Assembly (NCBI GenBank): GCA_951812855.1
Contig: OX638337.1
Span: forward strand, 690,001-722,000
Length of the DNA: 32,000 nt
From: an uncultured Lentisphaeria bacterium
GTDB lineage: Bacteria; Verrucomicrobiota; Lentisphaeria; JABSQK01; JAJFLO01
Direction of reading: 5' to 3'
The notes below the pieces were generated by a model. It had not been told where the DNA came from. It was given only the letters and a program-made list of their open reading frames with translations, and searched no databases. Positions 1-10,283 of the stretch are shown here, piece after piece. The number at the start of each line of letters is the position of its first letter. Within the stretch, counting starts at the first letter, position 1. Both the position numbers and the translations under genes were made by a program.

Positions 1-801
1 CCGTTTTCGTTCGAAGGGAAAGAACAACAACAAACAGCAAATAATTCTTTGAGAAAGCTTCGGAAATCAACAGATATAGTCATTCCAATTCCCAACGAAT
101 TAATATTCGACAATTGTCCAGAAGACAAGAAGGCACTTGATGCATTTGATACCGCAAATTCTATTCTGGCTCATTGTATCATTGGTATGTCAGAGTTGAT
201 CCGCTTTCGAGGAATAATTCCAATTGATTATAGCAGCATTAAACAGGCTTTTAAAAATAAGGACGCGATCTGCTCATTTGGTATAGGCCGGGCAAATGGT
301 GAAAATAAAATTACAGAAGCAGTCGATGACTTGCTAAAATCACCGATGCTTGGATATCCTGATTTTGTAAATAATGCTGATGTTGTCATCAGCTCTCTGA
401 TTGCAGGCCAGGATCTCAATATTGGTGATATGAAAAAATGTCTCGAAATTCTTAACTCAAAATTAAATACATCAGTAAAAACAATTATCGGAGCAAATAC
501 ATTCGCAAATTCGAATGAAAACATTAAAATTTATATGTTATCGGTCCAATATCAAAAAACGAGTTTCAATGATAATTCATCAATTGTTAAAGCTGTAAAA
601 TATTCGTCAGATCCAAAAAAAAATCGGCGACGAAAAAGGAATGAGCAGTTATCCAACGAGCAAATGGCATTACCATTTATAGATGAAGGACTTTCATTAG
701 GAATTTTTGCTGAAGTCAATGCTACAATTCACCATGATCAAAATCTTGATATACCAACATTTCAACGACATGGAATCAGTATTATGTTGGACAAAAAATA
801 A
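1..801 (+). CDS. ftsZ: Cell division GTPase FtsZ, C-terminal ~265 aa (5' end lies upstream of the window)
   Basis: Frame 1 is open from nt 1 (PFSFEGKEQ...), so the TTG at 49 in the ORF track is internal. FtsZ landmarks: PFSFEG, IVIPIPNE (IVIPND-type), GIGRANGENKITEAV..LLKSPML, a basic linker (KKNRRRKRNEQ) and the C-terminal anchor peptide DIPTFQR. Confidence 0.9.
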   Translation, partial: PFSFEGKEQQQTANNSLRKLRKSTDIVIPIPNELIFDNCPEDKKALDAFDTANSILAHCIIGMSELIRFRGIIPIDYSSIKQAFKNKDAICSFGIGRANGENKITEAVDDLLKSPMLGYPDFVNNADVVISSLIAGQDLNIGDMKKCLEILNSKLNTSVKTIIGANTFANSNENIKIYMLSVQYQKTSFNDNSSIVKAVKYSSDPKKNRRRKRNEQLSNEQMALPFIDEGLSLGIFAEVNATIHHDQNLDIPTFQRHGISIMLDKK

Positions 802-909
802 AAACAATTTGTAAATTTAGTGTCAGTTAGTTGCACCTAAAAATCTTGGCTGTCCAGCGAGGCATCAAACTAAATATTCGAATGAACAAAACACAACAAA
901 AATATAGAA

Positions 910-2016
910 ATGAAAAAAACTGCATTAATTTCTGGAATAACAGGTCAGGATGGCTCGTTTTTAGCTGAATTACTTTTAGAAAAAGATTATCAGGTTCATG
1001 GTATTATAAGACGTTCATCATCCTTCAATACCGAAAGAATAGATCATTTATATCATGACATCCATGCTAAGGGTGAACTCCTGTTCTTACATTATGGTGA
1101 CTTGTCGGATTCATCCAGTTTGCGCAATTTAATCATGCACACAAAACCGGATGAAGTCTATAATTTAGGCGCACAATCCCACGTAAAAGTATCCTTCGAA
1201 CAACCTGAATACACCGCAGATATTTCAGGACTTGGAACCCTGAGAATTCTAGATGCAGTTCGTGATGGGCAAGAGGATTTGGGTAAAAAAATTCGCTTTT
1301 ATCAGGCATCATCATCTGAAATGTTCGGAAAGGTTCAAGAGGTACCTCAAACAGAGAAAACACCCTTTTACCCACGTTCCCCTTACGGGTGTGCCAAGGT
1401 ATACGGATTCTGGCAGACAGTAAACTATAGAGAAGCCTATAATATGCATTGCAGCAACGGGATACTGTTCAATCATGAATCTGAACGGCGCGGCGAAACA
1501 TTTGTAACTCGAAAGATAACACGGGCTGCAACCCGGATTATATTTGGATTACAGGAAAAATTATACCTCGGGAATTTAGATGCAAAACGCGATTGGGGTT
1601 ATGCACTTGACTACGTCAAAGCAATGTGGTCGATCTTACAGCAAGACCAACCGGATGACTATGTCATTGCAACCAATGAAACCCACAGTGTTCGCAGTTT
1701 CGTTGAACTTGTTTTCCAGCATCTTGGTATTGAGATTGAATGGCAGGGAAGCGGGATGGACGAAATTGGTGTTGTAAAATCAATTTCAAAAACCAAAGAA
1801 AATGCACCTTACAGCCTAAAAATCGGCGATTACATTGTGGCAATTAACGAACGCTATTTTAGACCCTCCGAAGTTGAAACATTGCTTGGGGATCCGAAGA
1901 AAGCAAAGGAAAAGTTAGGGTGGAAACCAGAAGTTGATATTAAAAAACTGGCAGAAATCATGACTGATCACGATTACGAATTAGCTGATAATGAGCACCG
2001 ACTCAAAAATAAATAA
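910..2016 (+). CDS. gmd: GDP-mannose 4,6-dehydratase
   Basis: Near-colinear with my recollection of E. coli Gmd: [89 protein letters not shown] (YxxxK), [33 protein letters not shown]. Confidence 0.93.
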   Translation: MKKTALISGITGQDGSFLAELLLEKDYQVHGIIRRSSSFNTERIDHLYHDIHAKGELLFLHYGDLSDSSSLRNLIMHTKPDEVYNLGAQSHVKVSFEQPEYTADISGLGTLRILDAVRDGQEDLGKKIRFYQASSSEMFGKVQEVPQTEKTPFYPRSPYGCAKVYGFWQTVNYREAYNMHCSNGILFNHESERRGETFVTRKITRAATRIIFGLQEKLYLGNLDAKRDWGYALDYVKAMWSILQQDQPDDYVIATNETHSVRSFVELVFQHLGIEIEWQGSGMDEIGVVKSISKTKENAPYSLKIGDYIVAINERYFRPSEVETLLGDPKKAKEKLGWKPEVDIKKLAEIMTDHDYELADNEHRLKNK

Positions 2017-2269
2017 TACAAAAAATGATACCATAAATATCTGCATTTGTATTGGTCAAATCTGCAATTCCTCAGGATCGAAGGAGATATTAAAAGAAAT
2101 TAGGAAAATTAAAGAAAAGCACCATGTTAAAATCGATTTAACTCTCCAAAATTGCTTTTCCCGTTGCGAAAATGAAAACGGACTCTGCCCTACCCTAAAG
2201 ATTCGCAACCTGTGGGTTGACAATGCTACACCTGCCAAAGTCAGAGATATTCTAACCCAAATAACTTGA
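1991..2269 (+). CDS. Small thioredoxin-like [2Fe-2S] ferredoxin-type protein (hypothetical)
   Basis: 92-aa ORF overlapping the gmd 3' end by 26 nt. Cys pattern ICICIGQIC ... [14 protein letters not shown] followed by '[18 protein letters not shown]' resembles the C-x-C/C-x3-C, 'P.v.v....y..vtpe.v..il' layout of thioredoxin-fold 2Fe-2S ferredoxins. Pattern recognition only. Confidence 0.45.
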   Translation: MSTDSKINNTKNDTINICICIGQICNSSGSKEILKEIRKIKEKHHVKIDLTLQNCFSRCENENGLCPTLKIRNLWVDNATPAKVRDILTQIT

Positions 2270-2394
2270 TTCAAGCTATAAATTGTCTAAATATAAGCAG
2301 ACAATTGTCACCAACGAAACCGATTAACCAACGGTGATTTCCAATCATGTAAAATAACGGTCAAAATAATCAGAACATTCTGAACTGCCATTGA

Positions 2395-3078
2395 TGACCC
2401 TGCCCCTTAAAACCAGCCCGTTTTGAAAGAGAGTCCTCACGATTGAATTATAGTAATAAAGGAGGACATATACTGAAACAGAAACGGGTTACAGATGAGC
2501 AGATAATCGGAATATTAAAAAAAGGTGAATCAGGCGTTTCGGTCAAAGATATACTTCGTAAACATGGAATAGCTGAAAGTGCCTGTTATCGCCGGAAGTC
2601 GAATTTTGGCGGCATGAAACTTAATGATGTAAAAGGGCTGCGTAATTTGGAACAGGAGAATAATCATCTGAAAACGATGGTCGTCGAATCCGTATGTTAA
2701 CAGTTTGGGATGATTCTACGCGGGAATGCCTGGCTGTTGAAGTAGATACTTCGTTAAATGGATATCGAGTTATACGAGTCTTAAATAGGCTGTGCGGGTT
2801 TAAAGGCCTTCCCAATCGCTTACTGAGTGATAACAGACCGGAATTTACGGGTCATGCACTGGATAACCGGGCGTATGAAACCGAGGTTTCTCTTGAGTTT
2901 ATCAAACCTGGTAAACCGATGCAGAATGGTTATAATGAGAGTTTTAATGGTAAATATACAAGATGAATGTTTGAATGAGCATTGGTTTTTAGAGTGGAAT
3001 AAATTTTTTAACCGCTTACTCTTCGATCGTCCCGGGTGCCAAAGTTCCATTACACCACCATTCGCAAGGGGAATTTAG
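2395..3078 (+). mobile_element. Internally deleted IS3-family (IS407-group-like) insertion sequence remnant
   Basis: Starts with TGACCCTGCCCC, 48 nt upstream of orfA; this resembles the TGACCTGCCCC-type left end I recall for the IS407 group. OrfA (HTH plus start of leucine zipper) runs directly into the distal part of OrfB, then a frameshifted tail. No matching right inverted repeat at the 3' side. Confidence 0.75.
2443..2966 (+). pseudogene. IS3-family transposase pseudogene (OrfA N-terminus joined to distal OrfB, DDE core incomplete)
   Basis: OrfA: TDEQIIGILKKGESGVSVKDILRKHGIAESACYRRKSNFGGMKLNDVKGLRNLEQENNHLK. The sequence then jumps to the OrfB segment WDDSTRECLAVEVDTSLNGYRVIRVLNRL...LSDNRPEFTGHAL...FIKPGKPMQNGYNESFNGK. 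The expected continuation DECLNEHWF is in another frame (2827..3078 ORF). Roughly 0.6 kb of a normal IS3 element is missing. Confidence 0.8.
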
Positions 3079-3913
3079 AATTGGATACTGTTACTTTGCT
3101 TCCATAAGGGAATGCAACTCTTAAATGAGCACCATCTGCGTAGACTCTACCTTCTCTCATTAATGACTGAATGACTATAGAATTATCAGGGTTGATGAGA
3201 CCGCCTTTCAATTGATATCTATCTTTTTCACCAAGAAACAATTCCCTTGGTCGATACTGGATTTTTTTTGATCCACGGGGTAAAATCTTTCCACCGGCAG
3301 CAGCAGCAGCACCGGTTGAACCTGCCGCGGTGCTGATCCAGAGACCGGCCCCTTTTTGCTTTTCTTTGATACTTCCGATATCAAGTTGATAGCGACTCAT
3401 CGCACCAGGGTGAATATGAGCAATTAAAATATCATTTATTACCCGGAAATCCTGTTTTTTATTATTGAGATGTAAATCCAGTCTATTAATTTTTTGATGT
3501 TTGAAATTATCATTTAATATCATTTCAATATAAGATTCAAATGTCTTTTGATTACAGGTGCAAAAATTTCCATAACTTATTGATGGATTTGAATTTACAC
3601 CCAGGATGAATTGATTTGTAATCATGCGTGAGGCTTCGATAAATGTGCCATCACCACCTACGGAAATAACAAAGTCATATGGTGAATACTCGATATGGCG
3701 TGCACGATAAATTTCTTTGAATTTTATTCCTCTGCTTATCAAGATGTGTTTAACCGTTTTAAGTGTGTTTCGATGTTCTTCATCCGATGTTTTGTAGTGG
3801 TCTAAATCTTCTTTTGAAAATGTATTCGAGCTCTCTAAATGATACTTCCGTTCTTCAAAATAAATTTGATGGATGCTTTTTTTATAGACTAAAAGGACGT
3901 TATTTAACTTCAT
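3050..3913 (-). CDS. nadK: NAD(+) kinase
   Basis: GGDGTFIEASR (the GGDGT motif of NAD kinases), 'NDILIA', 'STAAGSTGAA' (PTGSTAY-type) and a length of 287 aa. Confidence 0.88.
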   Translation of the reverse strand: MKLNNVLLVYKKSIHQIYFEERKYHLESSNTFSKEDLDHYKTSDEEHRNTLKTVKHILISRGIKFKEIYRARHIEYSPYDFVISVGGDGTFIEASRMITNQFILGVNSNPSISYGNFCTCNQKTFESYIEMILNDNFKHQKINRLDLHLNNKKQDFRVINDILIAHIHPGAMSRYQLDIGSIKEKQKGAGLWISTAAGSTGAAAAAGGKILPRGSKKIQYRPRELFLGEKDRYQLKGGLINPDNSIVIQSLMREGRVYADGAHLRVAFPYGSKVTVSNSKFPLRMVV

Positions 3914-3971
3914 GGTGTGTGTTTCACCTTCAATCTGAATTGGAATAGTAAACTCTTCTATAAGAATTTAT

Positions 3972-4955
3972 TTAATCGGGAACAAGTGTGTTATTCTCAA
4001 AATCATCAATTAGAATCTGTACACCGTTTACCAACGTTTCAATGTCATTGATAGAAACTCTTTCTAAGGAAGAATGATTTCCGGTTGAGGCGATCAATAA
4101 AGGAATAACTAAACAATGAAGGCCGACTTGAGGAAATGCTTTGGCATCAGTACCGCTATAGTTATATACCTCAGTTTGCAACGGTATATTGTTGATTCTA
4201 AATAAGTTAATAATGTCATCTCGATTTTGACAACTTAAAATCACTGATGCATCACTGATGGTTAATACTGGTCCGCCACCGATTTCAACATTCTGTGATT
4301 TGTTTTCATAGGTCGCATCAAGGCAGATAACATAATCCGGTTTTATTGCGTGAGCTAAGACTGTTGCACCTCTACTTCCAATTTCTTCGCATGAAGTTGT
4401 GCCCAATACCAAATTGAATGGCAAATTTTGTTTGTATTTTTTATTCTCAGCCAAAAGGCCCAGGACGAAACAGCCGATTCGATTGTCTAAAAACGGTGAG
4501 GTAATCATGCCGTCATTGGTTATTAATGGTTTTGAATCAAAACAGACCCGGTCGCCGTATTCCACGTCGATTTCAGATTTAAAATAGTAAGTTTCCCGCA
4601 AGCAATCAGTGGATTTTGATTTCTGAATCTCAATTGGAAATTTCCCATTTTTAGTTTTTACAATGGCTTTTTGAGATTCCCCGTCAAGTGCAGGCCCCCC
4701 CAGTTTTACAATCGATTTCCTGTCATTGTCTATTGAATCAACGATATAACCCGGTGAATCCATGTGAGCACATACCAGAACAGTTGATTTGGTACTGTCA
4801 AAATGGGCAGAACGTGCAGAAATTCCATAGGGACCGTGATGTGTGATCTTCCATTGATTCCTCTGCCAAAACCGAGTCATACATGCTGCAACCTCATCTT
4901 CATCTCCCGGGGTGCTGTGACATTTTAATAATTTTATGAGTAAATCAAGATTCAT
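3972..4955 (-). CDS. M42 family metallopeptidase (glutamyl aminopeptidase / 'endoglucanase M' type)
   Basis: CAHMDSPGYIV, FLDNRIGC, TSCEEIGSRGA and a C-terminal GNHSSLERV match the metal-ligand landmarks of the M42 (FrvX/PepA-like) family. 327 aa. Confidence 0.85.
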   Translation of the reverse strand: MNLDLLIKLLKCHSTPGDEDEVAACMTRFWQRNQWKITHHGPYGISARSAHFDSTKSTVLVCAHMDSPGYIVDSIDNDRKSIVKLGGPALDGESQKAIVKTKNGKFPIEIQKSKSTDCLRETYYFKSEIDVEYGDRVCFDSKPLITNDGMITSPFLDNRIGCFVLGLLAENKKYKQNLPFNLVLGTTSCEEIGSRGATVLAHAIKPDYVICLDATYENKSQNVEIGGGPVLTISDASVILSCQNRDDIINLFRINNIPLQTEVYNYSGTDAKAFPQVGLHCLVIPLLIASTGNHSSLERVSINDIETLVNGVQILIDDFENNTLVPD

Positions 4956-5127
4956 TTTGTATGTATAAGAGATGTTTAAAAACGATTATTTTTTTAAAAT
5001 CAGTTCTGCATAATTGACAGTAATTCACCTGTAAAACTGCCAATAATAACTCTGCTGGTAAATTTCATTGGTATCAATCCTGAATCAGCACTGAACTATA
5101 TTTTCAGTTTCGCTTTTTTTCTTTTTC

Positions 5128-5430
5128 CTATATAATATGGACTACCGCATTTATACTATCCTCGGCTTCATAAAATTTGTTAATGAATGGATTTGTCTGC
5201 ACGGTCGTTGAGAAATGACAGCATAGCGTATTATTGACTTCTTCTATTGATTTAACTTCGAAGACTGCTTCACCGGCAGGGATATATCCCCATTTAATTT
5301 TATAGGCTGATTTTTCTCCGGGCTCAAACGGAAAATCAGTGTTGCCTTCAAAACTTGACCAGGCTGTCATGACACAACATGAAAGGATAAATATGACCAG
5401 TTTAAAGAATTTTAATTTTTTGAATATCAT
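5128..5430 (-). pseudogene. DUF3108-family protein, N-terminal ~100 aa only (truncated)
   Basis: Signal-like N-terminus (MIFKKLKFFKLVIFILSCCVMTAWS). This is followed by FEPGEKSAYKIKWGYIPAGEAVFEVKS...FSTTVQTNPFINKFYEAEDSINAVV, the typical DUF3108 start (GE.l.Y.i.wg.i.aG.a). Family members are ~230-260 aa. Here a stop follows at 5128 and only ~170 nt remain before the next gene. ATG at 5430 preferred over the TTG at 5457. Confidence 0.55.
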
Positions 5431-5623
5431 TTTTTTCCTTTTTATATCATCCGACAAAACTATACTCTACACTACCCGTCGCAGCAGAAATACCACCGAT
5501 GATAATAATTGATGCGAAAGCAGACGAGGTGAAACACTGCCGATCTTCCTTAGTGAGTTCAAGCTGTTCGACCGGAAACGGGTATTAGAATTCAATAGAT
5601 TTTAGATTATAAATACATCGTCA

Positions 5624-5642
5624 CAGGCAGGGGGCAGGCAGG
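5624..5642. repeat. GC-rich direct repeat CAGGCAGG-GGG-CAGGCAGG (possible solo IS3/IS407-type terminal repeat)
   Basis: Seen directly. It stands out in an AT-rich 300-bp spacer. Its complement contains CCTGCCCC, the same 8-mer as the IS3 remnant end at 2399-2406. GGGGGCAGG(CAGG)TAA resembles an IS407-type right end GGGGGCAGGTCA (from memory). Confidence 0.3.
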
Positions 5643-5758
5643 TAAAATTTTAAGAGACTCAACAGATTCAATGCGGGACAATACCGGCAATTGAGGCATG
5701 TTATCATGTTCGTCGAAGTAATTGACTCTGTGCCTGGTTTGGGAATGATTTTTAGTGA

Positions 5759-7003
5759 TCAGCCAAAATCGTCAAATCGGATCATGTCCCGCTCAACACC
5801 AAGGTCATCAAGCATTTTCATAACCGCACTTAACATCATTGGCGGGCCGCATAAATAATATTCAATATCTTCAGGAGCTTCATGATCTTTGAGATAATGT
5901 TCTAAGACAACATTATGAATGAACCCGGTATATCCGGTCCAATTGTCTTCAGGTAAAGGTTCAGACATGGCAACATGAAATTTGAAATTTGGAAATTCTT
6001 CTTCAATTTTGCGAAAATGATCGTCATAAAACATTTCCTTCATTGAACGGGCACCGTACCAATAGGATACTTTACGTTTAGATTTTTCAGTATGGAACAG
6101 ATGAAAAATATGGGAACGCAATGGAGCCATACCTGCACCTCCACCGATATAGACCATTTCCCGCTCTGTTTCCCGGATGAAAAATTCACCGTACGCACCG
6201 GAAACAGTAACTCTATCGCCTGGTTTACGTGAAAAAATGTAAGACGATGCTAATCCCGGACTGACATCCATAAACTTATTATTAACCCGGTCCCAGGGCG
6301 GGGTGGCAATCCTGATATTCAGCATCACGATATTGCCTTCTGCTGGATGGTTCGCCATTGAATATGCACGAATCACCTCCTCATTGTTCTTGACTGACAA
6401 GTTCCACATGTTGAACTTTTCCCAGTCATCATGATATTCCCTGTCAATGTCCATACCCTTAAAATCAGCCGTAAATTTCGGGACTTCAATTTGAATATAC
6501 CCACCCGATTCAAAATTGATTGTTTTCCCTTCCGGAAGTTTTACGACAAACTCTTTAATAAATGTGGCAACATTATCATTTGAAACGACTTCACATTCCC
6601 ATTTATTAATTGAAAACACGTCCGCAGGGATTTCAATGTCCATGTCTTCTTTTACCTTAACCTGACATGATAGGCGCCAATTGTCTTTGGCTTCTTTTCG
6701 GTTGATATGACTTTCTTCGGTTGGTAATAGATCTCCGCCGCCATCTAAGATGCGGCAACGACATACTCCGCAGGTTCCGCCGCCGCCGCAGGCTGAAGGC
6801 AGTAAAATACCGTTGGTTGACAATGTATTCAGCAGTGTTTTTCCAGCCTCTGCCTCCAATGACTTATCCGGGTCGTCATTTATGACAATCTTTACTCTGC
6901 CTTTATTAACGAGCTTAGACTCTGCGATCATTAGAGCAATACTCAACCCTAATACGATTGTGAGAAAAACAATCGTGCTGCTTCCTATGAAGATTAAACT
7001 CAT
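5759..7003 (-). CDS. nqrF: Na+-translocating NADH:quinone oxidoreductase subunit F
   Basis: N-terminal TM helix, 2Fe-2S ferredoxin cluster [12 protein letters not shown]...C, FAD motif RAYSMAN, NAD(H)-binding GGGAGMAP. 414 aa, last gene of the nqrABCDEF order. Confidence 0.95.
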   Translation of the reverse strand: MSLIFIGSSTIVFLTIVLGLSIALMIAESKLVNKGRVKIVINDDPDKSLEAEAGKTLLNTLSTNGILLPSACGGGGTCGVCRCRILDGGGDLLPTEESHINRKEAKDNWRLSCQVKVKEDMDIEIPADVFSINKWECEVVSNDNVATFIKEFVVKLPEGKTINFESGGYIQIEVPKFTADFKGMDIDREYHDDWEKFNMWNLSVKNNEEVIRAYSMANHPAEGNIVMLNIRIATPPWDRVNNKFMDVSPGLASSYIFSRKPGDRVTVSGAYGEFFIRETEREMVYIGGGAGMAPLRSHIFHLFHTEKSKRKVSYWYGARSMKEMFYDDHFRKIEEEFPNFKFHVAMSEPLPEDNWTGYTGFIHNVVLEHYLKDHEAPEDIEYYLCGPPMMLSAVMKMLDDLGVERDMIRFDDFG

Positions 7004-7093
7004 AATTTTATTCCGATAATCTAATTGTTCCCATTAACGGGTTTATTTTCTCGTCCTGATAATTTCTTATTTTCTATCTGAACAGTGATTTAT

Positions 7094-7714
7094 TTACATC
7101 CCGGAAAATGCCATAAAAGACATGGCGATTAGTCCTGTCGTTAACATTGTGATTCCGAGCCCCCGTAATCCTTCAGGTATATTTGAGTAACGCAGTTTAT
7201 ATCGAATTGAGGCCATTGACATGATTGCCAGGAAAAAACCAATTCCTGAACTGATTCCAAAAACGGTTGATTGCAGAGCACCATATTCGCGTTCAACCAT
7301 AAACAATGATGTTCCTAATATCGCACAATTCACTGTTATTAACGGTAAAAATATTCCGAGATTCGCGTACAGGCTCGGAGAGGTTTTATCTATAATCATT
7401 TCAACGATCTGAACCATCGCGGCAATCACAGCTATAAAACAAATAAAATTTAAAAAACTAAAATCCATTCCTGCCAGTGCGGGAACGCCGGTCCATGATA
7501 ATGCTCCAGGACGCAGTAATAATTCATGTATTAACCAGTTAACCGGGGTGGTAATAAACAAAACAAAGATTACTGCTAAACCGAGTCCAAATGCAGTGGA
7601 GACCTTTTTTGACACAGCCAAATACGAACACATCCCTAAAAAATACGCAAGAAGAATATTTTCAACGAAAATGGCTCGTATTGAAAAACTAATCAATTCT
7701 GTTATTTCATCCAT
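7094..7714 (-). CDS. nqrE: Na+-NQR subunit E
   Basis: Polytopic RnfA/NqrE-type membrane protein ([30 protein letters not shown]). Start moved to Met at 7714 (MDEITELIS...), giving 206 aa and an 11-nt gap after nqrD, instead of the 223-aa track ORF that overlaps nqrD. Confidence 0.9.
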   Translation of the reverse strand: MDEITELISFSIRAIFVENILLAYFLGMCSYLAVSKKVSTAFGLGLAVIFVLFITTPVNWLIHELLLRPGALSWTGVPALAGMDFSFLNFICFIAVIAAMVQIVEMIIDKTSPSLYANLGIFLPLITVNCAILGTSLFMVEREYGALQSTVFGISSGIGFFLAIMSMASIRYKLRYSNIPEGLRGLGITMLTTGLIAMSFMAFSGM

Positions 7715-7725
7715 TATGTTATCTC

Positions 7726-8355
7726 CTAATCTTCGACGTATTTCGATAAGGTACGCTGAACCCAAATTAATAATCCCAGTAAAATAAATGCTCCGGGTGC
7801 AAGTACCATCAATCCGTTATTCACATATCCTGCGTAGTACAATTTTCCGACAACATCATGTCCCATAATTGACCCTGAACCAAATAGTTCACGTAAAAAA
7901 CCAATGATCGCCAATACCCAGGCATACCCCAGTCCATTTCCAAGTCCGTCAAGTAATGAATTCCAGGGTTTGTTCCCCATTGCAAATGCTTCTAATCTGC
8001 CAAGTACAATGCAATTCGTTATAATCAATCCTACAAAAACCGAAAGTTGTTTGGAAATGTCAAACGCATATGCTTTCAAGATTTGATCGACAAGTATGAC
8101 AAGTGTCGCAACCACCACCATTTCAATAATAATACGAACCTTATTCGGGATCATATTACGTATCGTTGAAATGATAACATTAGCACCGGAAACAACGGTT
8201 ATGACGGCCAGCCCCATTACGATCGATGGTTTTAGCTGTGCGGTGACTGCCAAGGCCGAACAGATTCCAAGAACCTGTATTGTAATTGGATTGTTCTCAC
8301 TAAACGGATCGGTAAAAACTCTTTTATTTTTAGCTGATAATAACGCTTCGCTCAT
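7726..8355 (-). CDS. nqrD: Na+-NQR subunit D
   Basis: RnfE/NqrD-type protein: [29 protein letters not shown]. 209 aa; position between nqrC and nqrE. Confidence 0.92.
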   Translation of the reverse strand: MSEALLSAKNKRVFTDPFSENNPITIQVLGICSALAVTAQLKPSIVMGLAVITVVSGANVIISTIRNMIPNKVRIIIEMVVVATLVILVDQILKAYAFDISKQLSVFVGLIITNCIVLGRLEAFAMGNKPWNSLLDGLGNGLGYAWVLAIIGFLRELFGSGSIMGHDVVGKLYYAGYVNNGLMVLAPGAFILLGLLIWVQRTLSKYVED

Positions 8356-8364
8356 GTAAATCTC

Positions 8365-9096
8365 CTAAATAGACTCTCTATTATTTGCGAAAAAAGGTTG
8401 ATAATTTGTTAAATCCTTTTTTAACATTTCAGTCACACCATTACATGTTATTGTTGCACCGCTTATCCCGTCAACGTGATGTAATAATTTAGGCTCGTCA
8501 TAATAATCTTGTGCTTTTCCTTTAACGACTGAAACTGATATGAATTTACCATTTTGATCTAATATTTTTTTCCCGACGAAATTTTTCTGAAACCAATCTG
8601 CAGCGATTTCCGCACCTAACCCGGGTGTCTCTCCATGTTTATAAAATGTGATCCCGTTAATTGTATTAAAATCATTTTTAAGGGATAAATACCCATATAA
8701 TTTCGACCATAAACCTTTGCCAATTATCGGAATTGTGTATGCCACTCTTACTCCATTCTCCTTTAATATGTATACGGGATAAAGTCTATTCTCCGGGGTC
8801 TTAGTTTTCGCTTCAACTTCTGGATTGATTTCATTTGCATTGCCTTCAATTTCATTGCCGGCCGCATCGACAATAATTCCTTCAATCTTATTGGTGAAAA
8901 ACGATTCAACTTCAGCACGAGTCGTATTTTCTTTTAGTGCCCCAAAGGATTTCAAGATATTCTTTTTGACATCATACGCTGAATTGGCGTCTTGCTTTGA
9001 CCGTAATGACGATGCCGCTGTAGATAACAGCAGAGCACATATAAGTGCAACGATACAAACAAAAATTAATGTATAAGTATTATCATGCTTTTGCAC
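8365..9096 (-). CDS. nqrC: Na+-NQR subunit C
   Basis: Single N-terminal TM helix, ETPGLGA motif and the covalent-FMN attachment motif DGISGATITCNG (SGAT). 243 aa. Confidence 0.9.
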   Translation of the reverse strand: MQKHDNTYTLIFVCIVALICALLLSTAASSLRSKQDANSAYDVKKNILKSFGALKENTTRAEVESFFTNKIEGIIVDAAGNEIEGNANEINPEVEAKTKTPENRLYPVYILKENGVRVAYTIPIIGKGLWSKLYGYLSLKNDFNTINGITFYKHGETPGLGAEIAADWFQKNFVGKKILDQNGKFISVSVVKGKAQDYYDEPKLLHHVDGISGATITCNGVTEMLKKDLTNYQPFFANNRESI

Positions 9097-10279
9097 GTTT
9101 CATCCTCCAGGCAATATGTTTTTGAATTACCAGATAATCGATGAGTGGTGCAAATGCATTCATAAATAATATTGCCAGCATCATTCCTTCCGGATAAGCG
9201 GGATTCATCGTTCGTATGATAATGGCAATCACTCCAATTAGAAACCCATAAATCCATTTACCAATATTTGTAGCAGCTGCCGAGACCGGATCGGTTGCCA
9301 TATAAACTAATCCAAATACAAATCCGCCGGTTACGAAATGATAGTGAAATGGGAGAGCAAGAAAACTGGCATTGTTTGGGGCTAATTCATTTAATCCCAA
9401 TGTCATCGCTAAACCACCAAGGATAACGGACAACATGATGGTCCAACTGCCGATACCGGTTGCAACTAAAATAACACAGCCCAGCAAACTTGCAGCAGCG
9501 GACGTTTCCCCGATTGATCCGGGAATAAGCCCGATAAACATATTGGGTAATGAAAAGTCAGATACACCCGCACCCGAGCCAAAGTTTTCAACCGCAGCAA
9601 TGACACTGTCACTTTGATGACTCGATGCAACTGATAATGGTGTTGCTCCAGAAAATCCGTCGACCCATTTATCTCCGGTAACAGTCCAGACCTTATCTCC
9701 AGAGATTTGTGCCGGATACGCAAAAAATAAAAATGCACGGCCAACCAGAGCAGGATTAAATACATTCATTCCCGTACCACCAAATACCTCTTTTCCAATA
9801 ACCACACCAAAGGAAATGCCGACAGCAACCTGCCATAAAGGAATTGTGGGCGGTAATGTCAGGGGAAAGAGTAATCCTGTGACCAAAAATCCCTCGTTTA
9901 TTTCATGCTTTCGGGTAACCGCAAAAATAAGCTCCCAGACACCACCAACCGCATAACTGACAATAATAATCGGTAAAACATACCGTAAGCCGATTAACAT
10001 TGCAGGGATAAATTCAACAGGTTGTCCGGATGCTTTAAGATACTGATATCCAACATTGAAAATTCCCATCAGTAACGGTGGCATTAATGCCACGATAACC
10101 GTTGACATTAATCGTTTGCTGTCCATCGCATCCCGTATATGGGACCCCGATTTTGTACGGTGAGCGGGAATAAATAAAAATGTTTCTTTCGCTTCAAAAA
10201 GAGGATAAAAAAATTCAAATTTCCCACCTTTTTCAAAATCAGGCCGAAGTTTATTAAATATGTCTTCTATGAACTTCAA
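9083..10279 (-). CDS. nqrB: Na+-NQR subunit B
   Basis: RnfD/NqrB-type polytopic protein with the FMN attachment motif DGFSGATPLS. 398 aa; overlaps the nqrC start by 14 nt. Confidence 0.93.
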   Translation of the reverse strand: MKFIEDIFNKLRPDFEKGGKFEFFYPLFEAKETFLFIPAHRTKSGSHIRDAMDSKRLMSTVIVALMPPLLMGIFNVGYQYLKASGQPVEFIPAMLIGLRYVLPIIIVSYAVGGVWELIFAVTRKHEINEGFLVTGLLFPLTLPPTIPLWQVAVGISFGVVIGKEVFGGTGMNVFNPALVGRAFLFFAYPAQISGDKVWTVTGDKWVDGFSGATPLSVASSHQSDSVIAAVENFGSGAGVSDFSLPNMFIGLIPGSIGETSAAASLLGCVILVATGIGSWTIMLSVILGGLAMTLGLNELAPNNASFLALPFHYHFVTGGFVFGLVYMATDPVSAAATNIGKWIYGFLIGVIAIIIRTMNPAYPEGMMLAILFMNAFAPLIDYLVIQKHIAWRMKRAKA

Positions 10280-10283
10280 TATA

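Noticed and set aside
49-51. TTG at 49 as the FtsZ start (250-aa ORF in the track)
   Set aside because: The frame is open back to nt 1 and the upstream codons read PFSFEGK, a conserved internal FtsZ motif. The gene simply enters the window truncated.
2281-2306. Hairpin AATTGTCT-N10-AGACAATT after the small Fe-S ORF, considered as an intrinsic terminator
   Set aside because: The stem is AT-rich and 8 bp long, the loop is 10 nt, and no T-run follows. It does not meet the criteria for a canonical rho-independent terminator.
5458-5600. Possible SRP/4.5S-like RNA on the minus strand (AAGGAAG...GGCAG, with terminal ACCCGU/ACGGGU complementarity)
   Set aside because: The conserved domain IV sequence (GGUCCGGAAGGAAGCAGCC with a GGAA tetraloop) is not present, and the proposed helices are short and interrupted. 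Probably chance.
5621-5707. 28-aa Cys-rich ORF (MITCLNCRYCPALNLLSLLKFYLPAPCL) just downstream of nqrF
   Set aside because: Too short, with no ribosome-binding signal that I can recognise. Its 3' half is simply the GC-rich repeat read in frame. No basis for calling it a gene.
7715-7765. 17-codon N-terminal extension of nqrE ([17 protein letters not shown])
   Set aside because: It overlaps the nqrD 3' end and makes NqrE longer than usual. The Met at 7714 gives a normal-length protein with a short intergenic gap.
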